NCBI GenBank assembly: GCA_951406725.2
Contig: OX597819.1
Coordinates: forward strand, 135,408,001 to 135,472,000
DNA: 64,000 nt
Source: Octopus vulgaris
Lineage: Eukaryota
Direction: 5' to 3'
Part shown: in pieces, positions 25,716 through 38,545 of the stretch
Numbering within the stretch: position 1 is the stretch's first letter
Layout of the letters: every line of letters starts with the position of its first letter
Made by a program: the position numbers and the translations under genes
The notes under the pieces: generated by a model
What the model was told of the DNA's origin: nothing
Database searches by the model: none
Seen by the model: only the letters and a program-made list of their open reading frames with translations

Positions 25716-27877
25716 CTGTTGAAGATAGAACAATAAGAAATTACAGGAAAAACATTAACAATAATATAAAAGTTGTTGTTATAAATATAACAAAAAACTA
25801 TATCGATAGAGAAATACAAAATAGTAAAGAAACCTGAAAAATATAAGACATTATTTATTTGAGAAAATTTATGGGAAATAGATTTCAGAAGTGTTTGGTT
25901 AATCAAAAGTGTATCAGAACCTAAAGATTCAACATAGACGACAAACAGACACACCACTTGGTCCATTCATCCATTCATTTTCTCAGCACAGTATTTCTAG
26001 AACGGTTACAAGGCTAGAGTTCTCAGGCACCACCCAAATAATTTCCAATCAGAAGAAACCATCTTAAGACTTTCCAGTTGGATTTTCATGTGTGACCATT
26101 TGGGTTTATCTCATTCGTGGTTTCCTCATGGTTGCTTAAGCTTGCTATCCTTTTCTGTAAAATTCTAATCGCATGTCCATCATACTAGAAAATGTGTACT
26201 TGACATGTTCAATGCTTGAAATAAGTCATTTGTAAGTGTGATGCCTCACCTGCTCTGACTAATTAATATAAACTGTTAGGTAAACAACACAAATTATGGA
26301 AGACACTGGCTTAATCTCTCTGGATGCATGACACATAATGACGATATCTTTCACTGGATCAAAGCCACAATTTATAAAGAGGTCGACGGAAAGTAGACAG
26401 AACTTGTTCAACATCTACATCATTCACTTACGGACAATTAAGCCCTACATGTGAGTGAAGTGTGATCCACATCCAGATGGACACTGGACAGTGGAGAAGC
26501 TACAGGTCACTAGAACTACAACTTGTCATCTTAAAAAGGACCATTTAAGGATGTCGTCCTATGTAAAAGACAGAGACGTCACACTTGGAACGTCTTTAAA
26601 CTTAAGTCTGCTGGATTAACACAGATATTTGACGATACTAAGTGATATGGTTCTGTTGAGTGTCCTCTATTAAGCTTCTTCTTTATATTGAAGCAATGTG
26701 GTAAGAAGTCATTCCAGTATGGTGATTTAAATTGAAATTAATTATCAGCTTCCTACACAAGAACCTATAATTGATTTCATCAGAAATCAATGTTGTTGAT
26801 TCACATCGTGTTTGGTGAATTGATTCTCTTTCTCAGAATAATCAACAACCATTCATTTTTTATGGCATTCCTTGGTAGAAACAGCAACTTGAAAAAGTCT
26901 TAATAATCTTTTCTGCCTGGAGATATCGGACTTGTAATTTGACGAATCTTCATATGATTTATTGTAACAACGAGACTTAATAGCAATAGGTTTACAGTCA
27001 CAGAGGGACATCATAAGCATTGTCCTGAAGACACAAACTGACCATAACGTGTCCACTGTTAATATCCTTAAAACTAATACATTTATTTTATCTGGAGCTG
27101 GACTTGAACCTTTTCACCAACTGAAGAAAGATGTCGAAGACTCCGTAGTTGTGGCTAAGATGAAACTTGACCCATTCGTGTTGAAAGAGATGCTTCTGGT
27201 TTTGCAATAGTTGCATCAGTAAATCAGGGAGGAAGGCCTATTGATTCTTTTCTCAAATGTCTCGCAGAATTCTGAGTTAAAACATCTTTAAATCGAGAAA
27301 GAAACTTCCCCAATCACAAAGTTAATCCGATATTAGGAGCTTTGCTTAAGTTGAAAATGATTCAACCATTTTGCTGGCGTATGTCATGTGATTAAGACGT
27401 CGTCATTCTAATATGGTGATATGAGTTGCAATTACCTGCTTCTTACACAATGGTCCTAACAATGGTTGTTTCAAGAAGAACCTAACTCAAATTCTTACGG
27501 TGGAATAAACAAAATGTATTCTGGTTATTAACTTTGCTTCCTTACAAACACCAAGCAGTAAAGTTTGTAAAAAAGTAAGACAAACAAAAACATTGTCATT
27601 AGCTCACCTGTTTACCCTTAAACAACAACCTGCTTTAGTCCACTTCTTGCCAAAGACAAAATTGATTCTATTGTGTATCATTAATTATCCATTTTACCAA
27701 TGACGCTAACCTCGATTACATTAACTTACATTAATATATTTAATAGAATTATTTTACAGATAACATTTCAAATGGAAATTAGGAATGGAACCTGTTCTCA
27801 GTCAATCTGACATACAAAAACTTTAAGTAAAACTAACATTTACAGAAATCAATTAGATATTATTATTTTCTACTCAC

Positions 27878-27949
27878 CTACTTGCCACCAATCACTTCCC
27901 AATTGCCGTGCCACTTTCAGGAGATCCTTCTCCTCCAGTTTTTTAGTAT
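27878..27949 (-). CDS. Paralog B exon (72 nt, phase 1-1): Death domain N-terminal helices
   Basis: tttcAG / GTGAGT sites. DTKKLEEKDLLKVARQLGSDWWQV-G joins the terminal exon in frame to give the VARQLGSDW..VG Death-domain signature. Confidence 0.9.
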
Positions 27950-28111
27950 CTGAAATAAATAATTCCATGTTATACATTTTATAGTAAAATTACTTAATGG
28001 GGACCACAACTGTTTTCCCCGACATTTTCAAACGTTTTACAACGGTACCATACAATAGCTCAATATCCAGCTAATCTTCCTAAATCGCTTTTATTTATTA
28101 AGGCATCCTAC

Positions 28112-29330
28112 ATATGATGGTCGGCTGAAAAGTTCATAGTCTGACAAAGATACTCTCAACGAATGTGAGCAAATGAGGGTTTTTTTTCAACACAATCCCC
28201 CTTGAGGTCCACGCAATTCTTCCGTTGGTATTTCAGTTCTTGAATCCCATTCGTGAACAAGCTTTCATCCTGTTGCTCAAAAAAGGTCAGCAACAGCAGA
28301 TATGATGACATCGTCAATGCGATGACGATTCCCAACCGAGTATTTTTGAAAGTTGATGGACAAACGATAGTCAGAAGTGGGTAAATCGAGGGAAGAAGTA
28401 AGGTGATCAACTAGTTCAAAACCAGGGCCATGCTCAACAGCCATTGATGGCAAGGACGTACGTGCTGGGGCATTGTCTTGATGATACAAAGCCCTTTGCA
28501 TTAGTTTCCGGGCATTTGGTCTCGGTAGTATTTTGTAACTGCTTCAGTAAGATGGTACAATACCCTCCATTGATGGTAGAGCCTGGCTGAAAATAATCAA
28601 TAAACACAATGCCTTTTGCATCACAAAAATCTGAGACTATCCCCTTCCATGCAGATGAAACGATGTCGGCCTTCCTTGGAACAGGTAAAGACGTGTGTTT
28701 CTACTGCATGGATTATCTTTTTGTCTGAGGCTCAAAGTGTTTAATCCAACACTCATCGTGGCTTAAGAAAGGTTCAAGGAATTCAGCTGAGTCTGCTTCA
28801 AGCAATGTCGGATTTTAGAATAATGTGATCAGTCTAGTGTGCTTTTGACCAGGTCTCAGAAGACATGGCATCCACCAAACAGAAACCATTGTCATGCCAA
28901 GTGCAGAATATTCTCAAATCTGTCACGGAAAATGCTAATACTATTGGCTATTTGATTTATAGTCAATCACCCGTCATCCATCACCATGCAGTGAAAATAT
29001 TAAATGTTTTCCTCGGTGGTGAAAGTAGCAGGACGTCCAGACATTGGGTCCTTTTCAATACTCTCTGTTCGCCTCCTAAATTCAACTGTCCACTTTTGCA
29101 CAGTTGATAAAGTTGGAGTGTCATCACCTAATATAGCAACCGTGTCAGCATGATCGCCCTTGGGGAATAAACCCTTTTTCTGCACGATGCCATATTTTGT
29201 CCATTTTCAAAAGAGGTCGCTACTAGTCACATTACAAGTCTTCTTTGAACATTCAGTTGTCAATTTACGTGGAATCAAAAAGTGCAGTTATTAATTAGAA
29301 GTGTTGAAATTAATGCATGCTAGATTTTAC
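28112..29330 (-). mobile_element. Degenerate mariner transposon (intronic)
   Basis: Fragments TVQKWTVEFRR...EKDPMSGRP (HTH), HQDNAPA and SLDLPTSDY (YSPDLAPSD-like); TIR-like tatgatggtcggctgaaaagttcatag at the left end only. Confidence 0.85.
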
Positions 29331-29439
29331 ACGCTACACTCTACATTTGCACAAACCTCATTAATTTCATATAACTAATTATCCACACGTTATGGCGGTG
29401 AAAAATATCTGAAATGATACACAAGAACGGATGCTCAAG

Positions 29440-30800
29440 AATATATACGCAAGACGGAGATATAGATCAAACTGGACGCAGCAAATCTCGTATTTTCCGA
29501 GAGGTCCTCACTTATCTATTGCTTATAACCCATCCTCGCTTTCGGCCATGATCTCAATGCCTCTATTCTTATTGGACAATGAGGTAGTGTACCATTGTCC
29601 TAAACATTTTACATGTTTCTTTTCAACATTTGACATGGTTTCACCTGCAATTTTGAACTTCATCTGATGACTTTGACAACTGACAGACTGCATTACTTAT
29701 TAGCTTTAAACCACACTCTTGACCAAGTAATTAGTCCATCCAGTCTACCCAGGACGATTTGTATATCCTTTTACTCTCTTGTTATTATTGTTATATCATC
29801 AATTAATGCCTTCTCATGTGATTTCACTTGAGCCATTTCTTCTGATCAATCTGCTGATCTAAGTAGCTTCTCCATAACAAGCTCAAATGACCGATATTGT
29901 GCAACCTACAGGTATTTCAATTTCAAGACGATCCCACTCTGTTGTGAAATTTTCTGCCATGAACTGCATTTTGAAATTGTTATAGCAGCTCTTCATCAGA
30001 TAATCTTTTCTTCCAGTATATAAAAGAAGTCCATTGCTTTCATGAACAACTGATTCGAGCTATCTACTGAGTGGTACAGAACCAGAAGCATTAGCCAGAT
30101 CAAACCATACAACATTCAACTCCTTTTTACTCTCCTGTCTGTCTTGTGTGCATCCCAGATTGAAAATGCTTGTTCCACACACCCACGAATTCCGGAGATG
30201 TCAGCCTTCTGGACATTTCCCGTCCTTTAGACATGATTTTGTAGATATGTAGCTGATTCCTTTAGCAAGTAAATCCATGTAAATCTTGTCATCTACAGTC
30301 AGGATTGAAATTGGTCTGAATTGACCCATAAATTTTACTTTAGCTTCTTTTGTTAATTAAACTATTCTGCCTTGCACCAGGCATCAACAGTTCATTTTTA
30401 TGCTATAACACTCTAACTGGAAGCTAAAGCTTATAACATAATTGCGTACAAAACTTGTACACTTTGTCTTTATATGGTATACAAACACCTTCTGGGGCGC
30501 TCTTTCCTCTTGCTGAAATCAACCAAGCTGAAATATATGATTACTGCTTTCGATGGTCATTTCAAATTGTCCACGAGTACGAATGGTTGATCTCACTTTG
30601 GGTCACTGTAGGTCTCCTGTATATGGCCGTCCAGTCCATTTTCAGTATATTTTCCCCAACCATATTTAGTATCTGCAAACGGTTTTCTAGTAACCTCATG
30701 AGGGTTCTTAAGGATCTCTTCTCTAATTTGCTTACTCTCCTTTCTTCTGCGAATGTGTCTGATATTTCTTAGCATAAGTTAGAAAGGGAAGTTTAATATT
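29440..30800 (-). pseudogene. Fossil non-LTR retrotransposon RT (RLE-type, NeSL/HERO-like)
   Basis: Minus-strand fragments KSAPEG..IPYK, QFRPISILTVDDKIY, QKADISGIRGCVEQ and ELNVVWFDLANASGSVP; many lesions. Confidence 0.7.
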
Positions 30801-32104
30801 CTTGAAGACCAAACAATCTTTCTAGGGTTTTTGGTACAATAAAATGTACCCAGGACCCTGTACAATGTGGTTGATGTTTGGAAAGACATACCACCATGGA
30901 AAAGTCGGAATATTGCAATGAGATGTGTTCCTCAACCAATGACGGTGGATAGTAATTCTGAATAAGAACTGACTTGGATAGTGACCATCCATCCATCCAT
31001 CCAATTGATAGGAGGATGGAAATCAGACGATGTCATTTATTGTATTGTATCTTGCAGCAAATATTTATCCTGAAGAGAGTGAGACAATGGTTGTCCCAGC
31101 AGGAAACCAAAGTCTTCTTCTTGGACAAAGACAACGTTTAGTGCATGTAATGCTAGATTTACTTTCAGTGAAAAAAGTATGTTCACACTTGGAACAAATT
31201 TCATTGTAACTCTGCGAGATTATGAGAGACATCTGCCTAAACAACAACAATAACAATAACTGCCTATCCATAAACAGTAAGAATGAAAAACAAACAAAAT
31301 CCTAATTCTCCTGCTTACACTTAACCCATGGCCTGCCATGAGCCCCATTTGAGAATCTAATAAAAATAGTTTCACTGCCGGTTATTCGCTGTATTTTAAG
31401 TGAATTGCTTGCGTATATTGCATTTGCAGAGGTGTGTTTAACAATATTTAGTAGTTAAAGTTTGTCATTATTAACTCTGGCTAATTCTAGAGGACATTTA
31501 TATCATAAATCGCAACTTTTGAACTACAAAAATATTGACTGTTTTGAAAAGTTTTTTTTTCTTGCACTTCCCTTCTATATCATTCATTGATATTTCATAC
31601 ACATTCGCATTTGATACTATAGTTTCTGAAAAACTAAAATCTTTATTATTGCCATTGAATAGAAAAGGATAAATATGTTTTTTGTCAGCGATTCCCATTT
31701 GGGACTTATCGAAACAATTATCATAATTTCCAAAATAATTCACATATGAAGAAAATTTAAATGCTATATATGATTTTTAACTCCTGAGACACCAGGCAAA
31801 GCCAAAAAGTATGAATAAAAGTTTGGAAGTTAAGTGTTAAACAGCATTATTAATTTCGTGATCAAATGACAGAATGAACTCTATTGTGTCTTCTAATTTG
31901 AACATTATTACCAACAGTGCTAACCTCAATGGTTATTCCATAAACTTTCAATAATATCGATATCTTTAATAGAACTATTATACAGTTACTCTTTCAATCG
32001 TAAAATCAGAATGTAACCTGTTTTCAGTTATTCTTTGAAGCACAATATGGCCAGGGGAAGTAAAACTTATAAAAATCAATTGGCAACTGTTATTTTATAC
32101 TCAC

Positions 32105-32161
32105 CAGTTTCCTGAGATGCAACCTCTGTTTGTACACACTTGTCCTCAGACTTTGGAGACT
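32105..32161 (-). CDS. Paralog B micro-exon (57 nt, phase 1-1): ESPKSEDKCVQTEVASQET
   Basis: tttcAG / GTGAGT sites, open frame, in phase with neighbouring exons. Confidence 0.8.
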
Positions 32162-32264
32162 CTGAAATATATATTTACAAGTTTTAGAATTAATAATAGA
32201 ATTTCTTTATCGTTATTTTAAATAAACTCTTTCTTGTTGTTGTGAGACATTCAATTCCTTTGAG

Positions 32265-32695
32265 TCAAGTAAAACCAACAACCAGAAATCACGAATCAAA
32301 ATCAAAACAAGATCGAAATCAAAATGGAAATTGTAATTATGGCCGATGCCAGTGCCGCCCGGCTGGCACCCGTGCCGTTGGCACGTAATAAGTAACATTC
32401 AAGCGTGGTTTGTTACAGTTCCTCCTGACTGGTTCCCTGTGCCGGTGGCACGTAAAAAGCACCATCCGAACGTGGTCGATGCCAGCCCCAACCTCAACTG
32501 GCTCCTGTGTCGGTGGCACGTAAAAGCAGCCACCACACTCTCGGAATGGTTGGTGTTAGGAATGGCATACATATGTGGAAACCTGGCCAGATCACATTGG
32601 AGCCTGGCGCAGCCTACTGCCTTGCCAGTGAAATCGTCCGACCCATGCTACTATAAAAACGGACGTTAAACGATGATGAAGATGATGATGATGAG
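32265..32695 (+). mobile_element. SINE-like interspersed repeat with internal ggcacgtaa units and a (GAT)n tail
   Basis: Three internal repeats of gccggtggcacgtaaaa; ends ggacgttaaacgatgatgaagatgatg; interrupts the duplicated exon units. Confidence 0.6.
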
Positions 32696-32945
32696 TTCCG
32701 TGACCAAATGACAAGATTAACTCTATTGTGTTTTCTAATTTGAACATTATCACCAACAGCATTAACCTCAATGGGTATTTCATAAACTCACAGTAAATCG
32801 ATATCTTTAATTCAATTATTATACAGATAATCGTTCAATTTGAAAATAGGAATGGAAGCTGTTTTCAGTTATTCTTTCAAGCACAATATACTCGGGGGAA
32901 GAAAACCTTACAGAAATCAATTGGGAACTATTATTTTATACTCAC

Positions 32946-33023
32946 CAATTGCCTGAGATGCAGCCCCTAATTCCTGACATGTAGCCTCTGTTTGTACACA
33001 CCTGTCCTCAAACTTTGGAGCCT
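32946..33023 (-). CDS. Paralog B micro-exon (78 nt, phase 1-1): KAPKFEDRCVQTEATCQELGAASQAI
   Basis: tttcAG / GTGAGT sites; a duplicate of the 57-nt exon, including the flanking intron sequence. Confidence 0.8.
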
Positions 33024-33274
33024 CTGAAATAAATATTTCCAAGTTTTACATTTAATAATAAAATTTCTTTATCTTTGAAGAAGCGGTTGCAGGCTTTTTC
33101 TTTATCTTTATTTTTATTAAACTCTATCTTGTTATTGTGAGACATTCAATTCCTGTCGTTACTTGTCAAATGTTGACCATTATGGTTTTGGTCAATATTT
33201 CTGTACTTTCTACAGTGGTCCCATGTAATAGCCCAATATGTCCACAATAAAACAGACTAACATTCCTAAATCCA

Positions 33275-33308
<34 letters not shown>

Positions 33309-34723
33309 AAGAACACATTAAATATTCCAACAATGTACCAATTATCTCATTTAATTAACACTTGATAACAGTTTTCTCTTAGCTTTGTCTTTCTTTTCTT
33401 ATAACTGTGCCAAATCTATGGCATGGCACAGCCCTGTCATCTCTAGAATTCACTAATCAACATTCCTCTCCAGTTAAGTAAAGACATGTCCTTTATGTGC
33501 ATACCCTCCACGCTGCACACAATCTGTCCCCTAAAAATCATCTCCAGAAGCCAAATTCCATACACCCTTCCCCAACATGATCCCTAACAAGATATAAAAT
33601 TTAAGGTGAGGGTACACGATGTCCCTATGAAAAAATAAGTTTACATTTCATACATACAAATGTAAGAGAGTTAATGAATTATAGCTTATTAATTATCTTG
33701 ATAATTGGGTATATATGTGATACAATGGCACTGTGCTTGACGGTGCAATATTAGATATCAATATAGATTGTATATAATCTGAGTAAAGAACGTATAACCT
33801 TCATTACAATGAATATGATTGTGTCTCAGCACAGCTAATATTATGGTAGTTCCATGAGCAAACGAAGAAAGATATAACCAAGTCCACTGCCAAATACTAA
33901 TGATTAATTCATTTCCTGGTCAAATAACAATGACTAACTTCCATTAAATAATTTGAACGCAACAATCAAGACCAAAGGGTGAAACACTCAGAAAACCGTG
34001 CCTCTTTTAGCATTAATATCATCTAAAATCTAACAAGAGTGAGAAAAAGAATGACTATATGGATGGTAAATGTTGTTCAAACAATGTAATAAGTGTATAT
34101 TATATATAGTTACAAACAAGGATTTGTGAGATCATGTCACACATGGAACTCATATTTAATTCCTATCTTTATATTTTATGTCAACACCAATATTTTGTTT
34201 AAATGTAAACAGATGTACACCGTTCAATACTAAATTTAATATTTAATCAACGTTAATGATCATTATACTTATACTCTTAGAGATTTGATTTTTAATCCTT
34301 TTAATTTATAACAAAGTTATTCTGACCTGAGACATTCAGGGTACATACCTAAACAACATATCATGACAGACATCTGGCTACATAAAAACAACAATAACCT
34401 ATTAGAAATCTTAGGAAAGACCTTAGTAGCAAAAGAAACAAAAAACTTTCTCATTACCTCACCTGTTTACAAATAAACAACGAAATGTTTTAGTTCTCTG
34501 TCCTAAAAGACATCATTAGCTCTATTGTGTCTTCTTATTTAACCATTTTACCAACCACGTTAACCTGGATTTTATGAAATTTCAGTGGAATATTTATGAG
34601 AATCATTTTACATCTAATCTTACAAATAGAAATTAAGAACGGAACTTGTTCTCGATCAGTGTGACAAGCAAAATCACTGAGGCGAAGATAAATGTTATAG
34701 AAATCTATAAAATACTGTTTGTT

Positions 34724-35040
34724 GTGGAAGCGCAACGGCCCAGTGGTTAGGGCAGTGGACTCGCGGTTGTAGGATCGCGGTTTCGATTCCCACACCGGAC
34801 GTTGTGAGAGTTCATTGAGTGAAAACTCCTAAAGTTCCACGAGGCTCCGGCTGGGGGGTTGTAGCGATCCCTGCTGTTCACTTTCTCCACAACATTATCT
34901 CACTCTTTCTTCTGTTGGCCTGCTCACTTAGCCAGCGGGGTGGCGTCATTTCAAGGCTAAAATAATGCGAAGCGCATTGTAGCCATTGATGTGTAGCAAC
35001 ATCTGATAGCCTGGTCGGTCACAGTGATAACGGTGATAAG
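34724..35040 (+). mobile_element. tRNA-derived SINE
   Basis: GGCCCAGTGGTTAG A box and GGTTTCGATTCCC B box; related minus-strand copies at ~61780-62320. Confidence 0.75.
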
Positions 35041-35089
35041 GTACTGTTAATTTATAGAAATCTGTAAGGTACTTTTAATTTATACTCAC

Positions 35090-35140
35090 TAACTGCCCCT
35101 GCCATCATCTTGGCTTCCTTCTCTTTAAAATTTTGACTCC
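35090..35140 (-). CDS. Paralog B micro-exon (51 nt, phase 1-1): GSQNFKEKEAKMMAGAV
   Basis: tctcAG / GTGAGT sites, open frame; flanks homologous to the other micro-exons. Confidence 0.7.
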
Positions 35141-36464
35141 CTGAGATATGTGTTTTCAAGTTTTATACATTATAGAAAAATCTTTATCTTTATTAATAAT
35201 CTATATTATTGTGAGCCATTCCTATCATAAATGAACAACTGGTGACCCTTATGGTTTTGGTCAACATTCTGATAGATTCAACAGTGTTACCATTTAATAG
35301 GTCAATATTTAGGTGCACAACAAAATAGCCATCTAACCTTCTTAACTCTTAAATCTCTAATCTTCTTAAATCTCCCGCTGCCTATTAAGACATCCTACAT
35401 AATCTAACAATGGCCAACTTCGATGACCAGCTTGGTTGACATTAGAATCAAGCAGAAGATAGGAAAATGTTGGTTTGGGAAGTCTAGAGTTGAGAGAACG
35501 ACGCCATGACATAGATCTGGCATAGATATAAGAAGCGAAAGAGAAAGCGGAGAGATTAACAGTGATATCAATGGAAAATTAAATGAGTAGTTGTGTGTTC
35601 GAGTCTGATATTTCAAAAGCTGAATCGAAGTTCCAGCAGCAGAATTGGGTATTATCACTCTTACAAGACAGAACAAAATAGCCATTCAATAAAAGAAATT
35701 TAATGATCAATATTCGAAAACAGAGTTAATATTTAATTTTGTTTTATTTACTTTCTACAGTATATATTCTAAGTTGAGACCTTCTGTGTATATACCGCAA
35801 GAGATGATATCTCATATCAAGCAATTATTTGAGATCTTTTATAAGATGATAGACCATTATGTATTTCCGGAGGACAACTTTATAAAATACTCATGTCGTT
35901 TTTTACAAGTTGCCAGTATTTACACCTACACAGAACAACCGATTTAACAGTCAGACTTTCTAATGTTGGTTCTCAAACTCTCACCTGAGATTTTATGATT
36001 AAATATCTTACTTCAGCAAAGCTAAAAATGATGTTCTTGGGAATATCTTTGTCTTTAATCATCACCTTCCCTAGATACTGATAAATCATTAATCAACTTT
36101 GATGACTCACAATCAATTGTTAGAAATTGGTGTTTACTGATATTTCAGTTAGTTGCAAGCTATTTTGCTATATCATTCATTAGTCTTGTGCTGCAGCATG
36201 ATTCATTAGTCTTGCGCTGCAGACAGGACCCTCTTGAAATGTGACAAGTCTTCTATTTGGATAAAGACAATGTTTAGTGGATGTAGTGAGAGATGCACTA
36301 TCACAGAGAAATGAAACCTGGAACATCTTTCAACATAAATCCGCCAGATTATGGCAGATCTGGGTCTACACGACAATTCTGAAGTACATTAAATACCATA
36401 TATACGTATTATATATCATAAAGTCAATGAGACAAACAGACAGATTATCAAATAGTTTTCTTAC

Positions 36465-36607
36465 CAAATTCTCTCACGCCACTTATTGGCTGTTGACAAG
36501 TGGGGCATAATTCAGACTTAATTTTCATATAACATTCACGACACAGGGCGGTATGTCTGCAGGGTTTGAATTCTGAAGAAGCATACGTAACTCGACAATA
36601 TGTACAT
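36465..36607 (-). CDS. Paralog B exon: RING-HC finger (C3HC4, MIB/IAP type)
   Basis: ttccacAG / GTAAGA sites, phase 2-1. CTYCRVTYASSEFKPCRHTALCRECYMKIKSELCPTCQQPI = C-x2-C-x11-C-x-H-x3-C-x2-C-x8-C-x2-C. Confidence 0.9.
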
Positions 36608-37222
36608 CTGTGGAACAAGATACAAACACATATCCCGACAATAATTTTCTTTTATAATAAAGATTACATTGTGTACCTGTTCAGAGTAGAGAATATTACG
36701 AGACATTACAATGATGAGTAAGACTACATTAGAAAGATTTCTTTTAACAATTACATTCAAACAGATTTTTGTGTATACGAACTGTGCACACATGCAAACG
36801 TTCACACACACATACGCATGCACACCCCCGCATGCACACACACACAAAATAAAAACAATAACCAGTGCAACACGCTTGACTTTCAGAAATATTTTGCCCT
36901 GCTCACAATCGTTGGCTGTCAGGACACCGCATGCTTCAGAACATTCCCTACTTCTTCAAATTCCCCAAAACTACACCTGATCTACCTATGCACCTTTTTC
37001 CTCGTTATTACTCTTTAACTGTTCTCTTTTCTGTCAGTCTCTTTCATTCTTTGTATTTTGCATGATCCAGCTTTCACTGCTGTCTTTACTTGACTAAATG
37101 CTGCTTCTTGTCCCCTCTTTAAACCTTTTCCAGTTAGTTGTAGTAGACCTGTGCTCTAAACATGATTACATGCAAAATAGAAAACATAAAGGTTTATCTT
37201 GCCATTGTCAGGAAATACGTAC

Positions 37223-37397
37223 GGTGGTGGTAAAAAGGTTTTTAATTTTTCTTTCAAATTTGTGTCCTGAATAAGGTCCAGCGGAATCACTTTCTTTCCA
37301 TTTGAGTGGTAAAAGTTGGCTCCAAAATGAAATAGGTATGTTACTATTCTACATCCACTTACAATTTTGCTTAAAAAATTGTAATGGAGTATCCTGT
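37223..37397 (-). CDS. Paralog B exon: terminal ankyrin-like repeat preceding the RING (5' boundary uncertain)
   Basis: IVTYLFHFGANFYHSNGKKVIPLDLI resembles an ankyrin repeat end. The donor CC|GTACGT is phase 2 and splices in frame to the RING exon (TFLPPP-CTYC). The frame stays open up to ~37530. Confidence 0.7.
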
Positions 37398-37537
37398 CTG
37401 TAGAAAACTTATATTGCTTTATGCATCCGCGGAAAGCGGTGTATTTCAAATTGATATAATGCATGCATTGGTTGATTAAATGGGGCTGCTTGAAACAGCC
37501 GTAGTGCACTAATGTCTGGACATCATTGTTACTTATT

Positions 37538-37572
<35 letters not shown>

Positions 37573-37719
37573 CTTAAGAAGGGAAGAAGAGAACTGAAAG
37601 AAGAAAGAAAGAAAAGACAGCTTCAGGAAGAAGAAATCAATATACTGGGAAATTTATGAAGAAATTGCTGGAAATTAAGATACGAATTAAATAGATCGAT
37701 AGTTCTTATAGATATCATC

Positions 37720-38545
37720 CTTTGATCGATATCACACCAATTGTGAAAGAAGTCGAATTGAAGAGATTATAGTATTCAGATCATATTTCTCGGAATTGTG
37801 ATTTCATAATCTCTTTTGGAGTAATTATGAGAGAGAGAAAGAGAGAGAGAGAGACATAGAAAGCGAGAGAGTAAGAGAGAGGGAAAGAGAAAGTGAGAGA
37901 GAAAGTGACAGAAAAAGCGAGAGAAAGAGAGAGAGAGAGAAATCGATAGTAAATGATATGTGTATCGAAGCGTAGGCAGAAGAGGAGTTAAAACAGAAAG
38001 TAGGAGAGGGGAAGGCTACTGTAACATGTATTGTAGGGAGTGACCAACATGAAGGGAGAGAGAGAGGGGGGAGAGATAGAAGGAGAGACAGAGGCAGAGA
38101 CTGAGATAGTTAGAGGGGGAGAGTGCGCAGAAGAGAAAGAGAAGCCGAACGATAGATATATTTACTAATAGAGGAAGGGTATGAGGTAATAATGAAAGCT
38201 GGGTGCGAGAGTCATACTGAATTATATAGCAAGATGGAAAGAGAGAAAGAAAGTAAGGATGATAACTCTTATTAGAACCCTTTTTAGTTTCAACTCCAAC
38301 ATCTTCCACATCACTGGTTTGTTTTTCGTTTGACATCTAACAATTTCACATTTTTACACTTCTGCTTCTTAAACTAGAACTTCACAATCTAGAACCCGCA
38401 ATCGTCACACAACCTCTATAGTCGAGAGACCAGCTAGAAATCACAGCCAAATCTCATATAAGAAATGATAAAGTGTAAAACTTGTTTATAATTTTTCTAT
38501 TTTCTGATTGGCATTTGGTCAGAAAACTCCAAAGATAAACCTGCA
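37720..38545 (+). repeat. Diverged partial third copy of the composite repeat
   Basis: 38160-38290 resembles 11725-11870; ttggcatttggtcag at 38508 matches 12226. Confidence 0.6.

Noticed and set aside
26010-26155. Minus-strand SSDWKLFGWCL as the first Death-domain exon
   Set aside because: Stops in all frames after the candidate acceptor and no phase-1 donor; the exon at 27878-27949 fits exactly.
26850-27330. Coding-like intronic stretch
   Set aside because: Multiple stops on both strands and no family motif recognised.
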